From the NCBI GenBank assembly GCA_013239625.1, contig MU054323.1:9889186-9953185 (forward strand): a stretch of 64,000 nucleotides of DNA. The letters run 5' to 3'. The notes beneath the pieces were generated by a model that made no database searches, was not told where the DNA came from, and was given only the letters and a program-made list of their open reading frames with translations. Positions 30,702-43,865 of this stretch are shown here, piece by piece; within the stretch, counting starts at the first letter, position 1, and the number at the start of each line of letters is the position of its first letter. The DNA is from Lama guanicoe. Taxonomy: Eukaryota. A program made the position numbers and the translations under genes.

Positions 30702-31559
30702 TGATATAAATAGAAATTTCTAGCAGCTAGAAATCTAATTAAAACTATTGTCAGAAGAATTTTCTTTCTAATTTGTGTTCTTGAGCAAGTACAGAAAATC
30801 AGTTTTATTCAGAAGTGATTATCACTGATAGACTCTAGAAATTTCTATTTCCATTCACAAAGGTTCCAGCCCTTTTGGTATATATCAGATATTAAGAGTT
30901 TTAGGGACCTAAGTCATGTCAGTCATTCTTGATGCAGATGTTTAAATTGTTAAATTCCTGTGTGACTCCTTGGAGAGTGGCTTACCTACTAAAAAGAATG
31001 TAAATTCAATGAATAGTTTAGATTTTGTTTCTTTTGCAAGATTAATGGGTAGGACAGACATTGAGTTGAAAGAATTATAATTATGAACTCCAATGAAAAT
31101 GATGTAGAATATTTACCTAAGAAAAACTTTCCAAATAATCTTGAAGTACCCATTTCTGAATATAGAGAAACACTTAGATTTTAAAGAAATTAGGTTTAGC
31201 TTTAGTGTGTTACTTGAAATCATTCTTGTTCATGGATTAAAATACCTTTAGTAATTTGCTTTTGCAGAGGTTGTTTTATGTCCTTAATATGGCACACTAT
31301 ATTTCTCTTTTAAATGTAGAAGGAGGTTCTGTTTCTATCAACTAATGTAATTGAATGCTAAATATTTTATTTCTCATTTACAATTTAAAGGTAGTAACCA
31401 GGCCTTATCCTTCAACAGTTTCCATAATGTAGTTGTAATATTTTTTTCCCACTGAGGCACTATGATGCTTTGAATAGTTACAAGAAATGCTTCATAAGTC
31501 TTTTCTACACATTTTCTCTGTAGATACTGAAATTCTCTATCTAAAATGTAGGTTAAAGC

Positions 31560-32320
31560 TCTGTTTACACCCATCAGAATAAATACAATTTTTAAACATC
31601 AGACAGTAGCAGGTACTGGTGAGGATGTGGAGAAGTTGGAACCTTACACAATGATGGTAGGAGTGGAAAATGGTGCCACCACTTAGGAAGAGTTTGGCAG
31701 TGCCCCCAAAAGTTAAACATAAGAGTTTTTATATGATTCAGCAATTCCACTCCTAGATATATACCCAAAAGAATTGAAAGCACATACTTAAGTACCCATA
31801 TATGCATATTCACAGGAGCATTGTTTGTAATAGCCAAAGGGTAGAAACAACCCAAACATCCATCAACTAAAGAGTGAGTAAGCAAAATGCGGAATATCCA
31901 TAAAATGGCATATTGTTTGGCATTTAAAAGTAATAAAATCCTAATACATGCTCCAACATCAAAATCAGTATCTCAGTGAAAGAAGCTAGTCACAAAAGAG
32001 CACATACTGTATGGGTTCATTTATTTAAAATAGCCAGAAAAAACAAATCAAATAGAGAAAGAAAATAGAATAGTGATTGCTTGGAGTTGAAGGGATTAGG
32101 GGAGTGGAGAGTAGAAATGGGGAGTGAGTGCTGATGGTAACAGGGTTTCTTTCAGGGCTTACTAAAGTTAGATTGTAGCAGTAATTATACTTTACTTTAT
32201 ATTTTATATATATTATATATGTAAAAATATAGCTTGTAAACATATTAAAGTTTTTTAACTTGTTAGATTTTAAATGGGTGAACTTTACATGTAATATATA
32301 TAAAGCTTTTTTTTAATTAA
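31560..32320 (+). mobile_element. Ancient L1 (L1MB-like) 3' end
   Basis: ggtgaggatgtggagaagttggaacctt...cagcaattccactcctagatatatacccaaaagaattgaaagca. Confidence 0.85.
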
Positions 32321-32588
32321 AAGATCTGTGTACAGATAATTAAGATCTGAAGAGATTGTAACTAATTACCCTTTAAATAAATAGTAGAATTATGATGAAA
32401 ACCTGGGTCTTTTGACTTTTAAATTAGTGTTCTTTCCTCATCACAGAAATACACTAATTTGAAAAAAATGTACTTAGATCTAAGGATTGGGTAGTTGATA
32501 GGATTTGTGTACTTGAGTTTTTGGTACTAAATTATCTATGAAATGACAAAGAATAGTGGTATTGAGATACTCAGACATTTGTACTCTT

Positions 32589-32678
32589 GCTTTTGTTTGG
32601 TTTGGGGAGACGGGAGAGGGACTGAACTAAGGGCCTCATGCAGGCTGAGCACACGCTCACCACTCGCTGTACGCTCCC
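32589..32678 (-). mobile_element. tRNA-derived SINE, short divergent Vic-1-like copy
   Basis: 19-bp TSD ctcagacatttg(t/c)actctt at 32570-32588 and 32679-32697; degenerate A/B boxes on the minus strand. Confidence 0.8.
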
Positions 32679-32850
32679 CTCAGACATTTGCACTCTTCAA
32701 ACGTGAGAAATGTGTGTGGAACTTTGCCGCTTTTTCCTACATTTTTATAATTGATGTCATTTATTGAAAAGCCCACTATTGTAAAAATAACTTTCTTAAA
32801 CTTACTATATTTGAAAAAATTAACATTGTTAATAAATTGTTTACTTTAAG

Positions 32851-32955
32851 ATATTGAAACCATCTGAAAAGAAAGCTAAGTACCAATATGGTGGACTGAA
32901 TTCAGGACGTCCTGTGACTCCACCTCGAACAGCTAATCCACCGAAGAAAAGGTGA
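32851..32955 (+). CDS. PPP1CB: PPP1CB exon 8, coding part ([34 protein letters not shown])
   Basis: tttaag acceptor; beta-isoform-specific C-terminus with the TPPR CDK site (T316); TGA at 32953-32955. Confidence 0.99.
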   Translation: MLKPSEKKAKYQYGGLNSGRPVTPPRTANPPKKR

Positions 32956-35250
32956 AGAAAGGAGCTCTGTAAAGAAACCATCAGATTTGTTAAGGACATA
33001 CTTCATAATATATAAGTGTGCACTGTAAAACCATCCAGCCATTTGACACCCTTTATGATGTCACACCTTTAACTTAAGGAGACGGGTAAAGGATCTTAAA
33101 TTTTTTTCTAATAGAAAGATGTGCTACACTGTATTGTAATAAGTATACTCTGTTATAATATTCAACAAAGTTAAATCCAAATTCAGAATTACCCATTAAA
33201 GTTACATCTTCACGTATCACAGTTTTTAAAGTTGAAAAGCATCCCAGTTAAACTAGATGTGATAGTTAAACCAGATGAAAGCATGATGATCCATCTGTGT
33301 AATGTGGTTTTAGTGTTGCTTGGTTGTTTAATTATTTTGGGCTTGTTTTGTTTTGTTTTATTTGTTTTTGCTAGAATAATGGCAAATTCTTTAAGTTTTT
33401 TTCCCATTTTTAAAAGTGAAATGTGGGATGAGATTTAAAGACATTCATCAACTGTTATTTTCCCTTGCTTATTTACTTATGTACCTGTTTGATCTTACTA
33501 GGAAAACTTATGCCTCATTACAGTAAAAAGGAATTTTAGAGATATTTTTTAAAAATAAGCAAACTGTTCGGGAGAGTGATTTAATCAGTTTGGGCAAACG
33601 TTACAGCTGATAATAGTATTTTGCTTTATACAGAAATTGCCACTGATTTGGATTTGTGCACTCTAATTTTAACTTATTGATGCTCTATCGTGCAGTAGCA
33701 TTTCATTTAACTTTAAGATAAGGCTCATTTAGTATACCCAACTAGTTGGTAATGTGATTATGTGGTACCTTGGCTTTAGGTTTTAATTCGCACGAAACAC
33801 CTTTTTGGCATGCTTAACTTTCTGGTAACACCCTCACCTGCATCGGTTTTGTTTTTTTGGGGTTTTTTTTGGTTGTTGTTGTTGTTGTTTGTTTTTAGAT
33901 CCACAGAACATGAGAATCCTTTTTTGACAAGCCTTGGGAAGCTGACGCTATCTCCTTTTTCCTCTCTGTATGAAGGATGTATTTAAATGAATGCTGGTCA
34001 GTGGGACATTTGTCAACTATGGGAATTGGGTGCTTAACTGTCTAATATTGCCATGTGAATGTTGTATACGATTGTAAGGCTTATGTCACTAAAGATTTTT
34101 ATTCTGATTTTTCATGATCAAAGTTCACATGATATTGTATAGACATGCTTTGTAGTGAACTATAGTAGCAATAATTTCTGTACATGATCAAGGGTTTATT
34201 GCAGCATTTCTTTCCCTGTTCTTTTTTTTTACCCCCCCCCCAAAGAGTTAGTATTAACAAATGACAGGAATAGAAAAGTCAGATTTTAGAAGAAGAACTT
34301 AACAGGACACAGATTTGTTGTGATTCTCTGGATGCAACACTTTTGTATGTGATTCTAAAAGCTTTTATTGAACATTGTCAAATTTGTAAGCTTCATGGGG
34401 ATGGACATCATACTTATAAAGCCCTTCTATACGTGCTACCGTAGACGTGAAATTCTTGACCTTAATATTGTCTTTGAAAATGTTAAATTGAGAATTCTGT
34501 TAACTTACATTTTAAGAATTGGCATATTGTATTACTGCAAGAGATTTGATTTTCAGCACAGTGCAAAGTTATTTCAAATGCATATGTCTTTTTATTTTCT
34601 AATTCCATTTTGTTTTAAAACACATTTTAAATGTAGTTTTCTCATTTAGTAAAAGTTGTCTAATTGATATGAAGCCTGACTGGTTATTTTATTCCTTTTT
34701 TTTCTTTACAGTGAGACATTTAAACACACATTTTATTCAAATAGATTTTAATGTCTTTGACGTATATTGAATTAGTTCCTTACTGAAATTGTCCATGTTC
34801 TGCATATGCTGTATTAGGTTAGGTCACACAGGCTTTTATCTAATGTGATTTAAGTATCTTCCTAACTGAAGTGTAAGTTGAGCAATTTTTAAGAGTTTTA
34901 CATGTAGTCTTTGTAGTCATAGAGTGAAGGGAGTCTTGAAAATAAGCCTTTGGCAGGAGACAGCAGTCTTTTATTAATTTTAGTATTGGTCAGCACATTA
35001 ATTTGGATCCTACGTACTGGGTTTTTGTAATAATTTAGCCAGGTCAGTACTGAATATGAAAAAAATAGTCACTAGTTAAGCAAATTAATATTGGTCACTG
35101 AATTTGAAGAGTGGAAACATCATGTTTTAAAATTATTCAAAGAGCCTTAAAACCACTTTAACAGCTTCTATTCATATAATGTGTTCATTAAAAATATTAT
35201 TTGCTTGGTAACACTGCTACTTGAAATAAATAAAACTTCATTTCTTAGGA
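32956..35250 (+). other. PPP1CB: PPP1CB 3' UTR; 3' end uncertain and may extend further
   Basis: AU-rich region with no recognisable interspersed repeats after the stop; candidate signals ATTAAA 33195, AGTAAA 34648, AATAAA 35225/35229. Confidence 0.7.
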
Positions 35251-38200
35251 GAAAAATATCCTGGAATTCTAGTGTCACTAATTTCTATTGTTCTCCTCTG
35301 TCACCAGTTTTTATCATTTCCCTCTCTGATTTTTAATGATTTTCTATATTCAAATTTATCTTTATTCTTAAATGTCATGACATTCAAAATCATTAAACAC
35401 ATTAGATAACTGTGATAATGTGATGGATCATATGAATTATTATGGTCAATTTCTGTTCTTGATTGGAAAGAATTAACTATAAATTGCATTTGAAGCTTTA
35501 ACATTCATTATTTTAATTTTGCTCAGGGACCTGTTTTAATCATGATCAGGAAGACTGGTTTGTTCAACATGTTAAGTCAAAATGCCTGCAAGAATTTTAA
35601 CATTTAAAAGGTGGCTAATTGGAAGTGTGAGGGTGTTCAGAGGATATATAGGCCTTTCAAAAAAAAATTCATTTGAGGGAATACCAGAAGCATCTTGAGA
35701 TGTGTCCCTTAAGAGTATATAAAAGTAGATTATATTAATACATCTCCATTTATAAGTTCAGGTATATTCCTGTGTCTCCTTGGCAACTGTAACTTTTGAA
35801 CCAAGAGAACAAATTTTTTTCTTTCACATCTTTACACTAAAAGAAGGAAAACAAGCTTACTCTACTCTTGCTACCCTGACCTAATCCACCTCTCTTCCTT
35901 ATAAATCCGACCCTGAAGAAAAACTACACTTGAGAAGACAATAGCCTGACTATACTAGTGGCTTCACGTAGAAATACTATGTCCTTTTTTGCTAGTAGAT
36001 TTTAGGGTTTTATAATCCCTTAAACAGCTAAAAGTTAATTGAAAGGAGCTTAAAGTGACAGCACACCTTGCAAAATGATCAAATAAGACATAAATTGATT
36101 CCATATAAGTATACATCTAAAGTTTTATTATCTTTATTCTCTTTATAATGTTTTAGTAAAAAGTGAAATTTAGACAGTGTAGAAATTTTGATCTCCCATT
36201 CAGTTTTACCTGTACATTTGAATGCCAGAATTTCTAAATCCTCTGATTAGAAAAGTTTAAAAGTCAAAACTTAATTCCTTCAGCCACATTGGTTGACTTA
36301 TTAAATCATAAATTTCTTTAATTTTTTTCATTGTTGTTTACTTTCTCATATAGGTTGCCAGTGTCTTATTAAGCCTTATTTTTTACAAAAGTGGCTATAA
36401 ATCTTTGCTTTTTCCTTCTTAGAGATCTTTGCTAGTTATTATGGTTACAGAATCTTACTTGTAACCCCCATTGTTTTGGCTGTGAATAGAGTGGAAGATT
36501 ACAAGTGTGTTGTGAGGAGAGTCTTCTATGTATGTGAAAGGGAGCAAGGACAAACTGCCTAAAGCCCATAGATTCAGCATTTCTTTGATACTACATGTAA
36601 AAAGGTGGGAGCCTAAGGTCTGTTCCTGAAGGCTTTCGGTCAAGCCTCACCTTGGATCACCAAGTAAGATGTGTCTTAATTTTTGCAGCTGCCTGAATCT
36701 GAGTAATTCAGTAGATGAACAGGACATTTTTCCCGAGAGAGCAGTGACACCATAACTAAATATCTGAAACCATTAGGTGCCTTTTAGCACCAATTTTTAA
36801 TGTATCATGTATAAACACTTGATTATTGACAAAGTCACAATGACAAAATACAACAGGAAAGTCGTCCAGAGGAGTCATTTATGTGTGTAACAAGTTTAAT
36901 TGAGCTAACTGAAGTCTTTAAGTCTAGTGTACTTCTTGGGAAAAAAAGAGCTGAGGAAACAAAACCAGGGTTTTGAAACTTTTTATATCAGGCTACTTCA
37001 GATAGGTACTTCTCAAACTGATACTGGCACAGTTTCTGAAGATGCTGTCACTTACCAATAGGTTATTAACAGACTGATGCTTTTTTTTTTTAATCATTCT
37101 TGGATAAACATGAGCTCTGACTTTCAAGCTCTCTTAGTATAATAAGGACTTGCCTGAGAAGGCAAGTGTGATGGGTAGAGTCACTTGAGAAGTCATATTC
37201 TGGTGGTACTCTTGATCCTACTCAATTTACCAAATTAAAAATTAAGAACCTACTTTAATATCTCAGGAAAACTTACGTGAGGCCCAGGGTCCCATTCTCA
37301 GCACATATATCTGTTATGCAGTGTGTGCCTTAAGAAGTACCAGAAACAGATCCCTGTTTCCCAGGATAATTGCCTTAGGTTTTGTAGCCAGTCTCTAGCT
37401 GGGGCCCAGTAATGCCACTGAAATAATTTGATAATATCAAAAATCTAGGTTATAAAAGCTTTCTATTACTATACTGTACATCCTGGTTTTAGTGGGAGAC
37501 CCTAATCTTTTATCAAGTGAGTACCATAAAGTCTTTGGGTATCCTTATTGACAGATGAACACAAATTGGTCTATTCCATTTTTGAAAGAAATCAATTATT
37601 TGTTGTACAAATCCATTACTATGTTGGGCATTCCTTCAAAATGTTGTTCTCTTTGATCCTTAGAAGGCTTTAGGTCTACGAAGTAATTGTGACTAGAATG
37701 TAAACTCATGTGGGCAGACATTTTTGTCTCTTATTTGCTGATGTCTCTCCAGTTCCCAGAGTGGTGTCTGGCACATAGTAGGTATGCAATTGTTGGTTTA
37801 ATGAATGGCAAGTGAGTTTCAAAAATAACTATTACTACTACTATTCTGACACTTTTGACCTTTTTGGAGAAATTAGCCAAAAATAATACAGTTTCAGTTT
37901 TCATTTATCCTCATCTAATTGCTTTTTGTCTCTTAAAGGAATGCTGGAATAGTCTCAGGAGAAAATTGACCTGGGTCTATATGGCAAGAATAGCTTAATT
38001 ATTTGGTAAAATATTGGTAAATATCAGAAGTCAGTGTTCATTTACTGGAAGGAACATTTCTCAGCACCTGACAGGCACATTGAGGAAGTTGCCTCTTGTT
38101 CAGCATCAAACTTTCCAAGATCCTTATGGTTACCTTCTTGCCTTCCTTTTGCAGTTTTATTGACCTTAAAGTCACCTTTGTTGTGAGCCACTTCAAATAT

Positions 38201-38688
38201 ATAGTTTGTATAACATTTTGTCTTTCAAAAGTCACCTAGTAAACATGAGCTGTTAAAATCAGGAATCAAAACTTGAATGTAGAGAGAGTGTTGCCTCAAT
38301 TTAACAAAGATTATGTCATAAGCAGAAGCAAGTATGTGGAGAAATCAAGAAAATTTTTTTTTCATTAACAAAAAAAGTGAGGTACAATGGAGGTAACTAT
38401 TCTAGAGAGAAATTTAATACAGTTCTATCTTTTTGATTATTGTTCTATCCTAATACTTCTGAAGATTTGTTATCTCTACCATATAAAGGAACGGTCAGGC
38501 GGGCTGCATTATTGGTCATAGTGCAAAATTCCAAGAGGGGAATTTGGCTCAGCTTGAATCAAGGGCCTTTATGACTCCAATTAGTGACGAAGGGGAGAGA
38601 TGATACTGCATGAATATAGTTGTTATCCCTACACCCAAGCGGTTTGGGAGGTTGAGTAGAACATTTCCTTGAAAAAGGGTGCTGAAGA

Positions 38689-38832
38689 GGGGGAGGGTAT
38701 AGCTCAGTGGTAGAGCACATGCTTAGCATGCATAATAAGGTCCTGGGTTCAATCCCCATTACCTCCATTAAAAAATAAAATAAGTATACCTAATTACCGC
38801 CCCCCAACAAAATTAAAATAAAAATAAATAAG
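38689..38832 (+). mobile_element. Vic-1-type tRNA-derived SINE
   Basis: ggggagggtatagctcagtggtagagcacatgcttagcatgc...ggttcaatcccc...cctaattaccgccccc plus A-rich tail. Confidence 0.9.
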
Positions 38833-38899
38833 TTTAAAGGGGAATACTGAAAAGAAAATCCAAAGGTGTCCTCTACAAAACACCTTAAAAGATAATCTA

Positions 38900-39028
38900 G
38901 GGGTAGGGAAATAGCTCAGTGGTGAAGTGCCTGTTTGGCATGCACAGGGTCCTGGGTTCAATCTCCATGTACTTCCATTAAAAAAATAAATAAACCTAAT
39001 TACCTCCCCCTCAAAAACATTTTAAAAA
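38900..39028 (+). mobile_element. Vic-1-type tRNA-derived SINE
   Basis: atagctcagtggtg...gtcctgggttcaatctcc...aataaacctaattacctcccc. Confidence 0.88.
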
Positions 39029-39809
39029 CTCATCACAAAAAGTCTGCAAATAAAGTTTCAAGATGTAGATTAATGGAAACTCAACAGAATTGGTATAGCT
39101 ACCTGGGAAATGAGTTCAACATTGATAATCTTGTAAAGTTGAAAATGTCTATACCCTAAAACTCGGTTTCACTTTAAAGCATTTATAGAAGAACTACATG
39201 TGTGCACCATGGGGCATGTATAAGCAGAAGTAGTATTCAAAATACTTGACTTTGCCATATGGGCACTGACCAGTCAGACCACCAACTAATCCACATAAAT
39301 AACCTAACAGGACCTTACAGAGGCGCAGCAGCTGATAACCAGACCTTGTATGGGAATGCCCATAGTATTCATAGTAGCAAAAAATAACTCAAAGGACCAT
39401 TGACAGGAGCATTGATTCATTATATAGAATGAATATACGGATGAAAATGATTCACTTTAATGCATTAGCATGTCTAAATCTTAAAACTATGAAGAATACA
39501 AAGTATTAAATTTACAAACAAGATTTGTGTTTAAGGACACTATATCTAAAGAAAAGAAAAGGGAATGGGAAAAACAAAAGTCACCTCTGGGGAAGTAAGG
39601 GGAGGAGGAGGAGGAGCATAAAGAATCTCAAAAATACTGTTTATGTTCTGTTTCTTGGATGTTAGGTTCATGATTGTTTTGGTGGGTAGTGGCTTCTCGA
39701 GTTTTTGTTTTATGCTCAGCCTGCATATATGTTACTAATACCCTTTTGTATATATCAAATATTTCATTTTTTAAAGTTGTATGCAATCCCATTTATGTAA
39801 AAGAGGCCT

Positions 39810-40276
39810 AGTTTTTTATTTAAAGTGAGAGACTTGCAACTCTTCCTTTCACCTGAACATTTGGGAGCCACTGTAGGGTTATTAAGTTGGCCTAATTTCA
39901 ATTTTGTTGTGTCTTAGGGAATAGGCCCAAGGAGAGGGAGGGAGATGAGAGAATGGCCAGTTAGTGGAGCAGTCAAAATACACATTTATAGAGGAATTAA
40001 GTTTGCCATCTTTTATGGACTCTATTTGTGGCACCCCCAAAATAATTATAATAGTAACATCAAAGGTCACTGATCACAGATCACCATAACAAATATAATA
40101 TTAATGAAGATGTTTGAAATATTGGAAGAATTGCCAAAAAGTGACACAGACATGAAGTGAGGAAATGCTGTTGGAAAAGTGGCAGTAATAGACTTGATCT
40201 ATGCAGGATTGCTAAAAACTCATCAGTTTTTTAAAAATGTATCTGCAAGGCACAGTAAAGCAAAGTGGTATGCCTG
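39810..40276 (+). mobile_element. Tigger1 3' fragment
   Basis: aaagtgagagacttgcaactcttcctttcac...tcactgatcacagatcaccataac...terminus gtatgcctg followed by TA. Confidence 0.85.
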
Positions 40277-41339
40277 TAGTAGACATTCAGTTGTTCAGTA
40301 AACATTCTGTATTCAAGGCTGGAAACTAGTAATCACAGTAAACTCTGATACTTTGGGGAAAAGAGAAAAACCAGGGAAAGAGAGAAATGAGGCTTGAAGC
40401 AGTGTTTTCTTAGAATCAATATTTAAGGTTTTCACAACTAGTTTATTATGCTTCTTGGTTCATTCTCCCATTTAAGGGCCACGGGGGAAACGTCCAAGGC
40501 ATTTATAAGGAAAAATAAGTTCCAGGATTGTGTTATCTTACATGTAGGTGATTTTTGCCATCATCTAGCTGTGTGAGAGCCCAGGAGAGAAGGGAACATT
40601 CATTCTTCAGAGTTGCTGACTCAGAAACAGGTTGCTAGGAAGTACCGCAAGTTGGCAAGGCCAAATTACTTTTTAAATGTGATAATTGTAGTAACTGAAA
40701 AATCTAGAGACAGTCCAAATATCCAAATGATTTAAGTTTGGTCCATCCACTCTGGACTGTTATGCAGTCATTTAAAAAATTACAAAGACTATATAGCAAC
40801 ATGAAAAAAAAAAGGCCATGATATTTTAACGGGAAAAACTTTTTAAGTGGAAGGGAAGAGGCAAGGATGTCACTGACAAAAACTAAAAAGCTGTAAGAAT
40901 CCTTTTATTTATTCATTAAACATTAAGCACCTACTACATCCCAGGCACCAGGCCAAGGACTAGGATGCTGCCAAAAAGAAAAGAATTTAGAACAGTAGAT
41001 TTAGCAGGATAGAATAGTATTACCCCTTCTCACAAAGAGCCACGATATTCACACCTATGTTTTTTAGTTTAAGTGGTCTCTCCCCCTGCTGATGTAATTA
41101 TTTTAACGTAGCAGTGATTTATAATCGATGCTGCAAAGTTCACCTCTGATTTCTTGTTCCCTGCTATTGATGTCTCCATTTGCCGAGGACCCATCAGTGT
41201 CTGTGCCTGGTGCGGTGGGGCAGGGGAGTGCCAGCCCTGCAGGGCCTCTCCATCTCACTGGGGGGAAGATAAATGGCTGTAATCCAAGTCTGATTTTGGT
41301 AAGTGCCCAAGGGGAGGGGGTTACAATAGAAGGCAGAAG

Positions 41340-42200
41340 GAAGTGTGGGAGGGTCGCGGCGTTTTGCCAGGACCTTGCTAAAAGGGCAAGTTAGGGCCCG
41401 GTAACGGTAGAAGGTGGGCGGGTCGCGAAGGCTCCTAACGCAGCGGGCGTTGGGGGCGGGGAGGCGTGGCGCGCGCAGCCTCGAGTGGACCCCCGCCCCC
41501 AGCGGCGTGCTCTGCGCGCTGATTGGCCCGCGACGGCCCCGCTCCGAGTTGGCGGGAGGTCTCAGAGCCGTAGTGGAGCGACCTGCGAGCAACCGTCTGA
41601 GGCCCCGGGCATCTGGGGGAGGCTGTCCGCTGGCCCGGCGCCCGCTCACCAGCCTCAGGTTTTGGCAGGTACCCTCCGCTCGCGCCCCGGCTTTGGGCGA
41701 CTCGCCGGCGACTCTCCAGTTTCGGTTGCGCCTCGTCCCTCCGTTCCCTCTGGCAGCCCACCCCGCCCCACTCCGTGTGTGAGAGGTGGCGGCGTCTCGC
41801 CCCCTTCCGCACACGCTTCCGCCCGTGAGTCCCCTCAGGTGCCGGCGCTGCGACGAGAACACGCCCTCCAGCTCCTTCGGCCGGGGCTGGGGAGCGTCGC
41901 GGGCCGCGGGCCGAGGGGCGGCGGCGCAGTAAAGAGAGGGAGGCGGCGGCAGCGGCGCCCCTTGGGTCGGGTTGGTCGGGGTCCGCCGGCACGTTGCTCT
42001 CCGGATCAGCAGGCTGTGCTCACCAGTAGGCGGGGAAGTGGGGGACAAAGGACGGGAGATGCGTCCCCGGTGCTCGACGTGGCCGCCCCTCCTCTGGCGC
42101 GGGCGAGGTCCTCCCCGGGGCCTCACCCCCGCCTGCTGAGGAGAAAGGCCTTTAGTAGAGAGCTCGCGCCTCCCCCAGCCCGCGGCCCACCCTCCTTTTT
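41340..42200 (+). promoter_or_regulatory. SPDYA: SPDYA CpG-island promoter
   Basis: Dense CpG; GC boxes at about 41453 and 41490; reverse CCAAT (gattgg) at 41521; lies about 3 kb upstream of the first SPDYA coding exon. Confidence 0.9.
41560..41668 (+). other. SPDYA: Putative non-coding first exon of SPDYA; start approximate
   Basis: Downstream of CCAAT/GC boxes, ends at CAG|gtaccc; other donors exist (e.g. ccc|gtgagt at 41824). Confidence 0.45.
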
Positions 42201-42750
42201 TCTGCTGGACTCCGGCTGGTGGTATTTTGAGTTCGGCCTTCCTCTTTCTACTCGTGTCCCATTAAGCACAACTTTTTTTCCCAGGATCATGTGCACCAGA
42301 ATCCTGAGACCTGAGCTACTGCATCTCAGGACAGTGTCCTCAGCCCATTTCTCAAAATTTACAGATCTCCTTTTCTTCTATTTCCAGTACGACTGGAGAC
42401 CAGCTGGCTTCGGGGGGGGTGTCAAAACCTCTTGAAGTAATTTAACATTTGAAGATTGATAAACCCGTGTGCTATGTTAAAATTGAGATCCTGTCTACTT
42501 ACTTTTTATTCTTCATCATAAGCACATTTAAAATACCTATGATCTCTGTTACCAATAAAATTTTAACATTTAAATTATATTTATGAGTTGAGGTGAAATT
42601 TAGTTATCTGTCGTATTAGAACTCTATTTTCCTGTAAAAAAGATGCAGTAACAGTAGTGCTATATGTTGAGTTTTTGCTCAGCATTCAGCGCTGTGTATT
42701 ATCCATATAGTTCCTTTCCTCATCAACGCTACAAAATATGTGTTAACAGT

Positions 42751-42930
42751 GCTGACTCAGTGGTAGAGTGCATGCTTTGCATGCAGGAGGTCCTGAGTTC
42801 AATCCCCAGTACCTCCATTTAAACAGAGAAATAAATAACCTAATTACCTCCCCCTCCCAAAATTTTTAAATGCCTATAATAGGTAATTTAAAATGAATAC
42901 GTACTGTGTACCAGATTCTAAAAAAAAAAA
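42751..42930 (+). mobile_element. Vic-1-type SINE inserted in a MIR
   Basis: ctcagtggtagagtgcatgctttgcatgcaggaggtcctgagttcaatccccagtacctcc...cctaattacctccccc; MIR-like flanks. Confidence 0.85.
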
Positions 42931-43865
42931 AATACGTGCTTTTATTATCTCAATATCACAGGTGAGAAAAGGGAGGCTCCCAGAAGTTAAATAGCTTAGA
43001 ATCACATAGATAGTGAGAATCTGGTCTTAATCCAGGTCTGTTCCACAGTATTTTAACATATATTCTCAGCTAGCTCTGTGCCTTCTGCCTTCAGTGGTGC
43101 TTAAGAATCCTGTCTTTAAAAAAAAAAAAAATCTTCATTTGAATACTGATGTTTTCTTCATATATCTAAACGAAGAGCAAAAATAAAAATTACCTCAAGT
43201 TGGAATTTGACCAAGTGTATAGCATTGGTAGCTTCTCTCCTTTAGCTCCTTCTCCATAACTCTCTTACTAATGTTTATTAACATCAGTGAATTTCTTTTG
43301 GGGGAATTTCAGACATTTCTTTCTCTTTCTCAAATTTTATATGAAGTGGGATAGTGTAAAAGTTTACTGTGAACATGATATTTGTATTTTTGATTGATAG
43401 AAGTTTTGCATTCTGTTTCATGGTAATAAAACAACACTATTTTAAATTACTTAACAATGAGTAAAGCTTACATCCTGGGAAATATGCTGCAATTACTCTA
43501 TATTCTAGCACATCTGACCCCCCCTCCCCAAGTCTAGCCCTCACACCCCAATTTGAAAAGCATGACTATTTAGTTTTTTCCATCTAGATTGTAAGGCTGC
43601 TCTTGCCTCAGAAAAGAAAAGATCCAGATGAGGCCTCCAGCTATCTCCCAGTTGAGGTGGGTAGGAAATAGCAGAAAGTTCTTGCACATTTCCATTTTTT
43701 TTCCTATGGAGTTTGTAGCAACCCACCCCCAACTCCGTAACTGCCTACAATAGAATCCAAGGAAGAAAGAGGAGAGGAAAGGAGGGAAGCAAAACAGAGG
43801 GAGGAGAACAATTATGGACTTAATTGAATATAATTTATTCTCCCTAGTTCTTTCTAATCTAGCCC

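Noticed and set aside
38689..38770. tRNA-like sequence
   Set aside because: Carries a SINE tail and has several diverged copies in the window; a SINE, not a tRNA gene
41128..42435. Overlapping long ORFs (310, 316, 185 and 122 aa) on both strands
   Set aside because: R/G/P/A-rich low-complexity translations expected from stop-poor CpG-island DNA; no recognisable domain
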